Source of the DNA: Macrostomum lignano
Lineage: Eukaryota
DNA length: 64,000 bases
Assembly: GCA_002269645.1 (NCBI GenBank)
Contig: NIVC01001102.1
Span: 186,001-250,000, forward strand
Reading direction: 5' to 3'
Shown here: one piece after another, positions 56,168 through 64,000 of the stretch
Position numbering within the stretch: position 1 is the stretch's first letter
Layout: each line of letters opens with the position of its first letter
Made by a program: the position numbers and the translations under genes
Notes under the pieces: model-generated
Seen by the model: the letters and a program-made list of their open reading frames with translations, nothing else
What the model was told of the DNA's origin: nothing
The model's database searches: none

Positions 56168-59100
56168 TCACACACGCATAGCCATCAGCTGGTCCAAATG
56201 CAGGTCCTCCTGGTCGCGGATGAACAGCTCCTTGGTGAGCAGCATCTGGTGGCCCTCGAAGCTTTTCAGACGCGTCTCGATGTGTCCCAGCTGGGATCCG
56301 ATGGACAGCCGATGAACCACGTGCTCTCCGCAGATGTCTTCGCAGACTCTTGGGAAGCACTCGTGCACATTGGCTATGGCTGTGTTCACCATGCGGCTGA
56401 TCATGGAGGGCGGCAACAGGCTGCTCACGCTGAGGTCAGAATCGCACCGCAGCAGGTCGTACAGGAGCTGACAGAGACTGCTGGTGTCTAAACAGCCTTT
56501 TTGATTGTGTGCGTTTGTTTGTGGGCATCAATTTTACTTACACCTGTCTCATGACTGGCTCTTGGCTTTGCAATTAGCTAAGACACCTGGGGTAGATAGC
56601 TGAGACACCTGGGATAGATGTAAAGACACCTGGGATAGATGGTAGAGACAAACGGGGTAGATAGTGGACACCTGGGGTAGATAGTAGACAACTGGGGTAG
56701 ATAGTGGACACCTGGGGTAGATAGTAGACAACTGGGGTAGATAGTGGACACCTGGGGTAGATAGTAGACAACTGGGGTAGATAGTGGACACCTGGGGTAG
56801 ATGGTAGAGACACCTGGGGTAGATGTAGACACCTGGGGTAGATAGTAAAGACACCTGGGATAGATAGTAAAGACACCTGGGGTATATGGTAGAGACACCT
56901 GGGATAGATAGCAGAGACACCTGGGGTAGATGGTAGACACCTGGGGTAGATGGTAGAGACCTGGGGTAGATTGTAGACACCTGGGGTAGATGTAAAGACA
57001 CCTGGAGTAGATAGTAAAGACACCTGGGGTATATGGTAGAGACACCCGGGGTAGTTAGTGGACACCTGGGGTAGATGGTAGAGACACCTGGGGTAGATAT
57101 AGACACCTGGGGTAGATAGTAAATACCTGGGTTAGATTGTAAAGTCACCTGGGGTAGATGGTAAAGACACATGGGGAAGATAGTAGACACCTGGGGTAGA
57201 TAGTAAAGACACCTGGGATAGATAGTAGATACCTGGGTTAGATGGTAAAGTCACCTGGGGTAGATAATAGACACTAAGGGTAAATGAAAGAGACACCTGG
57301 GGTAGATGGATAGATAGTAGAGACACCTGGGGTAGACACCTGATAAGACACCTGTGAAAACACAGATAAGAGACCTGTGAAAACACAGATGAGACACCTG
57401 TGAAATCACGGATGAGATACCTGGTGACCTTGCACAGAAGATCGGTACCGCAGAGTGATAGATCGACACTATTTCACACATGATAGTATGATGGTACGTG
57501 AGCTGGGGAATGACATGCTGTACTCGATAAGACTACACTTGTAGCGACAGGACTACGACTCGTAAAACGTGACGAGCCAGCTCACCAGTCTCCTTGAGAT
57601 CGAAGCAGTTGTACAGAGCTAGCAGCTTCTGCATCTGTGCTACATCCCTGGGACAGGTAACTCCGGTAAAATAGCACATATCCGGTAGAGACTTGACCAG
57701 GTGCATCTGAGGACACCCGATACAGTTGGAAAATGTCAGCGACAGGCTCTTAACAAACGCAGTGAAGCTGAGCTGCTCCCGATTCCAGAACAGCATCCGG
57801 TAGATGTACTTTTTCAGTGGATTTCCCGCCAGCAAGGAGCTGTGACTTTCCAAGTCGTTCTGCGATGGGAATTCAGACGCATTTAAATGTAGGAGTAAAT
57901 ATGTAAGATTGGACGGAGCAGTTGCCGCTGTTCGACAAATTAAACGCCTGACTGTTAGATGCATCACCAACGTGTTAGACACAGCACCCAAACCTGTTAG
58001 ACACAGCACCCAAACCTGTTAGACACAGCACCCAGCCTGTTAGATACAGTACCCAACCTGTTTGACACAGCATACAACCTGTTAGACACAGCACCCAACC
58101 TGTTAGACACGGAACCCAACCTGTTAGACACAACCCAACCTGTTAGACACGGAACCCAACCTGTTAGACACAGCACACAACCTGTTAGACACAACCCAAC
58201 CTGTTAGACACGGAACCCAACCTGTTAGACACAGCACGCAACCTGTTAGATACAGCATCCAATCTGTTAGACACAGCACCTGATCTGTCAGACACAGCAC
58301 CCAGCCTGTTAGATACAGCATCCAATCTGTTAGACACAGCACCTGATCTGTCAGACACAGCACCCAGCCTGTCAGACACAGTACACAACCTGTCAGACAC
58401 AGCACCCAACCTGTTAGACACAGCACACAACCTGTTAGACACAGCACACAACCTGTTAGACACAGCAACCAACCTGTTAAACACAGCACCCAACCTGTTA
58501 GACACAGCAACCAACCTGCTAGACACAGCAACCAACCTGTTAGACACAGCACCCAACCTGTTAGACACAGCACCCAACCTGTTTGACACAGCATACAACC
58601 TGTTAGACACAGCACCCAACCTGTTAGACACGGAACCCAACCTGTTAGACACAACCCAACCTGTTAGACACGGAACCCAACCTGTTAGACACAGCACACA
58701 ACCTGTTAGACACAGCACGCAACCTGTTAGATACAGCATCCAATCTGTTAGACACAGCACCTGATCTGTCAGACACAGCACCCAGCCTGTTAGATACAGC
58801 ATCCAATCTGTTAGACACAGCACCTGATCTGTCAGACGCAGCACCCAGTCTGTCAGACACAGCACACAACCTGTCAGACACAGCACCCAACCTGTTAGAC
58901 ACAGCACACAACCTGTTAGACACAGCACACAACCTGTTAGACACAGCAACCAACCTGGTAAACACAGCACCCAACCTGTTAGACACAGCACCCAACCTGC
59001 TAGACACAGCACGCAACCTGTTAGACACAGCACCCAACCTGTCAGACACAGCACCCAACCTGTTAGACACAGCACACAACCTGTTAGACACAGCAACCAA

Positions 59101-59791
59101 CCTGGTAAACACAGCACCCAACCTGTTAGACACAGCAACCAACCTGTTAGACACAGCACACAACCTGTCAGACACAGCACCCAACCTGTTAGACACAGCA
59201 CACAACCTGTTAGACACAGCACACAACCTGTTAGACACAGCAACCAACCTGGTAAACACAGCACCTAACCTGTTAGACACAGCACCCAACCTGCTAGACA
59301 CAGCAACCAACCTGTTAGACACAGCACCCAACCTGTTAGACACAGCACCCAACCTGCTAGACACAGCACCCAACCTGTTAGACACAGCACCTGATCTGTA
59401 AGACTCGGGTTTAACAAATCACGCCTCTTTGGTTACGTATGGTTAAGTAAAGCCACGCACTCACCACGGTAAGAAACGCTCTCTCAGAGTCGTTAACCAA
59501 CAGTTGAAACTGTTTGTACAGTCGAGTGATCTGACTCTCATCGAGCAAACAGCTAGATTTGAGCTCCTCCATATCCTCCTTCGGTACCTTGACTCGCATA
59601 GTCAAATGTCGCCACCAGAGTTTGAAGATGAATTTCAGATGTCCAAACACGGTTGTGCTGGGTCGGTAGTCAAATTCGCCGCCAGTTTTATCTACAGCGG
59701 CAATCGTAGCCCCTGTCGCCGACTCAGCAGACATTCCAGGTGCTGTCAGCGCGGACACCAGAATCGGTTTGCTATCTTGTTCTTCAGTCAT
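56168..59791 (-). CDS. Divergent calcineurin B homologous protein (CHP)-like EF-hand protein, ~309 aa; exons 59791-59465, 57859-57586, 56496-56168
   Basis: EDMEELKSSCLLDESQITRLYKQF matches CHP EELEEIKKETGFSHSQITRLYSRF; NPL motif; LSFTAFVKSL; KL..YNCFDLKETG|CLDTSSLCQLL (EF3 position); C-terminal LDQLMAMRV* parallels CHP VEQKMSIRFLH*. Phases 0,1. The exon-3 acceptor was chosen from EF-hand register (an alternative AG lies 9 nt downstream). Confidence 0.85.
56580..57400. repeat. ~21-23-bp minisatellite gacacctggggtagatagtaga (CHP-like intron 2)
   Basis: Direct. Confidence 0.92.
57970..59395. repeat. 21-bp minisatellite gttagacacagcacccaacct (CHP-like intron 1)
   Basis: Direct. Confidence 0.95.
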
Positions 59792-60181
59792 TTATAGTAC
59801 AACTTTAATATTAGCCTAAATTTTTACCCAAGTATAATAAATTCTGAGAGTATAAGCTAGTACTACTCTAACTTTGATGCAACGTCTGTATTGTCGATGT
59901 ATTGAACTAACTGAAGCACTTGTATACAGTGCTTCTGTTTATACTTAAATTGATTTTTTATTTTACCCATAGAATATTTATACTGGCTACTTGGTTACTA
60001 ATACTATAGTTTAATGCATTGTAATTCTCACCATTCTCCGAACGGATCGGGAGGCCATGGTGACTGGAAAAAAGGAGGGAGGAGCTGATGAAGTTCACTG
60101 GAGCCTTGACCCCGGCCGCAGAAGTCCATGGTATATTTTTAAAGATCTGTTCTTACCTGGGATGCAACATCAAGACCTGAA

Positions 60182-60520
60182 TTAGTCATGGTCGTGGGAG
60201 GCAAAATTAAGAAGACAAGTAAAATGGCAAGTAAAGATGGTATCATCAGCAAAGAAATGAATTTCTAAGGTTTTAATTTCAAGAACGTCATTTATAAAAA
60301 GTAAGAATAATTGGTAGGTCTTAAGACAGATTCCCAGGGAACACCCAGCATCTCTACTTGAAGAACAATTCGACCCAATGAAAGTATAAATTAGTTGTCT
60401 GTTTGATAAATATGAGGAAAGCCATGCAATCATGAAGTGCATGGGGATTTTATCCCAGGAAGCAATTACTAGTAATTTATTTTGTCTTAGGAACTCAGCA
60501 GCCAGAGCTACGCGCATCAC
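60182..60520 (-). mobile_element. Degenerate LINE (CR1/L2/Jockey-like) reverse transcriptase fragment
   Basis: WLSSYLSNRQ...SLG...LFLLFINDV...IHFFADDT corresponds to LINE RT motifs around FADD. Confidence 0.75.
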
Positions 60521-61788
60521 ACATCTAGTTTGTTTAAATCGATTTTAACTCTTGAAATTTTCAGCACTGATTTGAACGCAGCCGAAAGCGCGCATGAAAT
60601 TTTTAAAGTAAACTCTTTACTTTAGTCTGCCCCAGCCCTTAGTTACTCACTCATTAGAATCAATCTCTCGCCGTCTCGGAAATACTTTTGCGCTCATGAC
60701 CTCATGTTAATTATTACCGAAAAATGGCCATGTCTGGACACGTGGGCAATAAGCAATTTACTAACGCCTGGCCTGGCCTTATTACAATTACAGTTGGTTT
60801 AGGGGCCTAGGCCTATTACATTTTTGATAATGTAAAAAATACATAATGTTTAATCTATGTTCCCTTACATTTATATAATTATTTCTGTATTTATTTACTT
60901 CTCAGCCTTACTGATTTTTGTAAGCAGTAGAAATTTATTATATTTTTATATTATCAAAATGCATGCTAGTATACTATAGGCCTTTTAAAACTATACATAT
61001 TATCCATGTGCTATCTTGATAGAGTGCAAAGTTTAGCAGAGTGCATGTTTGTTATCTAGCATGCTTGTTAACTTTGCTTAGTATATTGTAGTATAGAATG
61101 CCTAGTATATTGCAGTCTTATTAACCATGCACTCAAATAGCTGTTCCTTGGCTATTGGGCCACATGCATAAACTGAGCTTGCCAGGACTTAGGAGTGGAA
61201 CAGATTGAATGTAATGAACAGATAGTGTCTCAATGGGCCCTTGAACCTTAGGCTAAACTGTTAGAGCCAATTATTTTATCTTTGACCAGAGAGAAAGTAA
61301 ATTTGATCATGTGTATAACGAATGCCACATTTGGATAGCTACAGGTCAAGGCAAGAAAGGTATAGAATTACACTGGCCTTACTGACTAGCCTTGATAGGT
61401 TAGAGCATGCATGGCCTCTTCAATTTCAGCATTAGCATCTGCTGATATAATAAGACAGATGGCATTTGGGCAATCTTCAAGTTTCGTTCGTTTAATTATT
61501 TCCGGAATTATTTTCGCCCTCTATTCAAGGGTGGTGGGGGGTGGGTGTTGGAATTAAACGAACGAAACTTGAAGATAACCGGCATTTGTAGCATCTAAAA
61601 TTATGCAGTCTATAAGGCAAATGCTATTAAAGCATTCTATGCAATGAGTGAATAAATTGTGTAGGGTACTTGCTAGTTACTAGATATTCTTCACAACATC
61701 CTATAGCAACATAGTTATAGTTTAATAGTTGAATAGTTATAGTTAAACAAGATAATATATGCAATATGATACTTAAAATATATATTAT

Positions 61789-61962
61789 ATACATGCTTAG
61801 GCGCAACCTAGGGATTCACCCGGCCGTTTCTATTGGCAACACACACATGTAAGTCGCTATTGGACGGAATAGTAGTCACGTGACTGCTCTTGGCCAATAG
61901 CGACTTACATGTGTGTGTTGCCAATAGAAACGGCCGAGTGATTCCCAAGGTTGCGCATGTAT
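61789..61962. mobile_element. Palindromic mini-element (~170 bp), MITE-like
   Basis: Arms gcgcaacc.aggga.tcac.cggccgtttctattggcaacacacacatgtaagtcgctattgg and its near-perfect reverse complement; central agtcacgtgact; AT-rich flanks. Confidence 0.75.
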
Positions 61963-63534
61963 GATTATATATATATTATATTTTGTAATGCAAATCTTAT
62001 AAAACAATCTAAGCCATTAAAAATACCCTAGGGCAAATGTTGGCAACTAGTGGCAATTAGTCTCCAACTGGTATGCACCTTCCAGTGGGGCATCTGTAGG
62101 TATTATATGGTTTCTATAAATGTTAGAAAAAATGTCAATGAATAAGTAAAAAAAATACTTTAAAGATTCCCCATAAAAACTTATATGAGCATATTTACCT
62201 GATTAGACTAAGGTCCTATAGATATAACAGGTCAAATACAAAATCCCAACCAAACATTTCTAATTGTAGTGTCTTGTCATCCTTGCAGCATAGGTTTTCT
62301 GCATAGAAAGCTATAGGAAGCTTTGGGCATAAGGTAGCAATTGACTCCTACTGGTATATAGCCAAGTTCACTAGAGGTGGACAATATAACATTTTTAGAC
62401 TTTTGATAGAAATTTGGTCAAGATTGAATAGGCCTATTTAAGTTATACAATTCTATCTATTAATGCTAATATTAAAAAAAATTTAAATGTGTATAATGAT
62501 AATAGTAGAATAAAAAACAATGATTATTTAGTATTTAGCTTATTAATAACTTCATATAGCTATATCAAATATAAATATCATAATATTATAGTCACAAATC
62601 TTAAAGCTTTTTGTCTTGCAATCTCAAAACCAAGATTAAGATTGGGAAAAATGCCAAAATCTTGATGATTGATCAAGATCTTATCTAACCCCTAAAACCC
62701 ACAAAATTCTATCTGACAAAATGGAAGACCCCACTCAGACTCTGACACTACTTGTGATAAATATTGGGATACAAAAAGAAATATTTATCAAATAGTCTGT
62801 ACAACTTTATATTGTTTAATAAAAGTTATGTCTATGATGGCAAGATTTAGAAAATGTGCAATGTCCCAATTTATATGCAAAAGACTAATCTAATTGGCAG
62901 TAGCCAGGTGGGCAGCAATGGCAACATAAAATGGCTCTACCTGGTATTGGCCATTTGAGATAATTCTAATTAGATGATTCCATGGTGGTGGAAAGTTGGC
63001 AAGGCCTTCAAAAAGCCACTTTGCCAAGACTTTGCCACTACTATCCATGTAGCTATTGTATACTGCTAGAGTACTAGCCAGAATGGTAGGCATCATAAAG
63101 GCCTTGCGCTTGCTGCCTTAAATGATAACCTTTTTGGTTCTGTTTTATGCACTTTGTTTGCACTGCTGTTTTGGCTGTGAATGCAATTTGAGCAAAAGCT
63201 TATGGGCCTTGGGTACATTGGGATGTTCAAAACCATTGGTACACAAACTGTGCTAGCATCAGGTTTACCATTAGCATCAGACCAGTTATGCCAGCACTTC
63301 CTTCATGTGTCTAACTTGGTATGTATTGTCATCGCACTAGATGTGGCAGTTTCAATCAGGCAATGTAGGCAGTAGAGAGTGTAGGTCCTCTACTTTTCTA
63401 GAGCTAGAAGACTTCATCCTTTTGGCATCTATGGTAGATCAATTAAACAAAAACCATTGATCTATGATTTATGTTTGGCATTATAATAATAATAACTTAG
63501 CCCATTGGCATTGTCTGTATTTTCAAGATGCTTC

Positions 63535-63653
63535 CAAAGCAATGAGTTGTGTCTTGCTCAATTAGGACACAAATTGTTCTGAGTGGGTCGAGAATCGAAC
63601 CCCTAACTTTTTAGTGGTGAGTCCGATGCTCAAACGATTAGGCTACAACCCCC
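63535..63653 (-). mobile_element. Truncated copy of the same SINE family as 50390-50700
   Basis: Minus strand gtagcctaatcgtttgagc...ggttcgattctcgacccactcagaacaatttgtgtcc..tgagcaagacac matches the head of the 50.4-kb copy. Confidence 0.75.
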
Positions 63654-63793
63654 TCACTAGGCTAAAGGGGTTGTAACCTGGAAAAAACTTTATTGTACCA
63701 ACATGAATACAATAAAGCACTATCAATTATAGTATTTTGGCATTAAAATTCTGATCCCGCAATCAAAAACACTGCTGCTTGCTCCGCCACTGC

Positions 63794-64000
63794 ATGAACG
63801 CCCTACAAGACACAATCTCTCCAGAGGAGTTGAAGCGAACTCGCGACCGATTTGAACGCGAATTCCGCAGCGGTCAGCCAGTCTCAACTCCCACTCAGTT
63901 GGCTTACGCCGGCGCCTTGACTCGAACCAGCGACCATCGCTGTCTTAGACAAGCCTGCCAATTATTAGAGACACTGTATCGTCAGACTACCGACGAAATA
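63794..64000 (+). CDS. FIS1: Mitochondrial fission protein FIS1-like, N-terminal 69 codons (truncated by window end)
   Basis: Open from ATG 63794 to the window end: MNALQDTISPEELKRTRDRFEREFRSGQPVSTPTQLAYAGALTRTSDHRCLRQACQLLETLYRQTTDEI. Aligns by eye without large gaps to FIS1 MEAVLNELVSVEDLLKFEKKFQSEKAAGSVSKSTQFEYAWCLVRSKYNDDIRKGIVLLEELL. Absent from the ORF track because it has no stop. Confidence 0.8.
   Translation, partial: MNALQDTISPEELKRTRDRFEREFRSGQPVSTPTQLAYAGALTRTSDHRCLRQACQLLETLYRQTTDEI

Noticed and set aside
57533-57585. Read-through ending FDLKETGELARHVLRVVVLSLQV* as the CHP-like C-terminus
   Set aside because: A strong G|GTGAGC donor plus the exon at 56496 restores EF3 register and a CHP-like C-terminus.
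57648-57716. 69-nt in-frame GT-AG mini-intron in CHP-like exon 2
   Set aside because: Weak donor, no stop inside, and CHP proteins have a long linker at this position; kept as coding pending RNA-seq.
62890-63375. ORF remnants in the CpG-poor 60.7-63.5 kb region as a transposase
   Set aside because: Protein-like but no recognisable motif; probably an old element that I cannot classify.
63890-63960. Minus-strand B-box-like ggttcgagtc suggesting a SINE or tRNA
   Set aside because: Lies within the FIS1-like open frame; no cloverleaf.

Overview
Animal (invertebrate) genomic DNA: short GC/CpG-rich exons separated by introns filled with tandem repeats. The style resembles Macrostomum-type flatworm genomes, but that is inference only. 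I hand-spliced five protein-coding genes using GT-AG sites, phase continuity and family motifs: V-ATPase subunit D (+, 4 exons, 1531-9041), a membrane-anchored JmjC/cupin oxygenase (+, 4 exons, 13214-16777), APCDD1 (+, 5 exons, 18082-44403), a divergent CHP/calcineurin-B-like EF-hand protein (-, 3 exons, 59791-56168) and the 5' part of a FIS1-like gene (+, from 63794, running off the window). Mobile DNA: a decayed DIRS/Ngaro tyrosine-recombinase retrotransposon, two MITEs, a complete young 1.28-kb non-autonomous LTR element (TRIM-like), tRNA-derived SINEs, a LINE RT fragment and a palindromic mini-element. The standout is a 2.1-kb non-coding element (52887-55008) sitting inside a (GATA)n microsatellite. 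Its two apparently identical 501-bp direct repeats each carry a minimal type-I hammerhead ribozyme on the minus strand, and its interior is a tandem array of hairpin-bearing 255-bp units, i.e. a Penelope-pLTR/retrozyme-like element. More than 30 micro/minisatellite arrays occur; many share a GACAC/GACAG core and several occur as inverted pairs. Most long ORFs in the supplied track are repeat artefacts. Array boundaries are approximate; no database searches were run.
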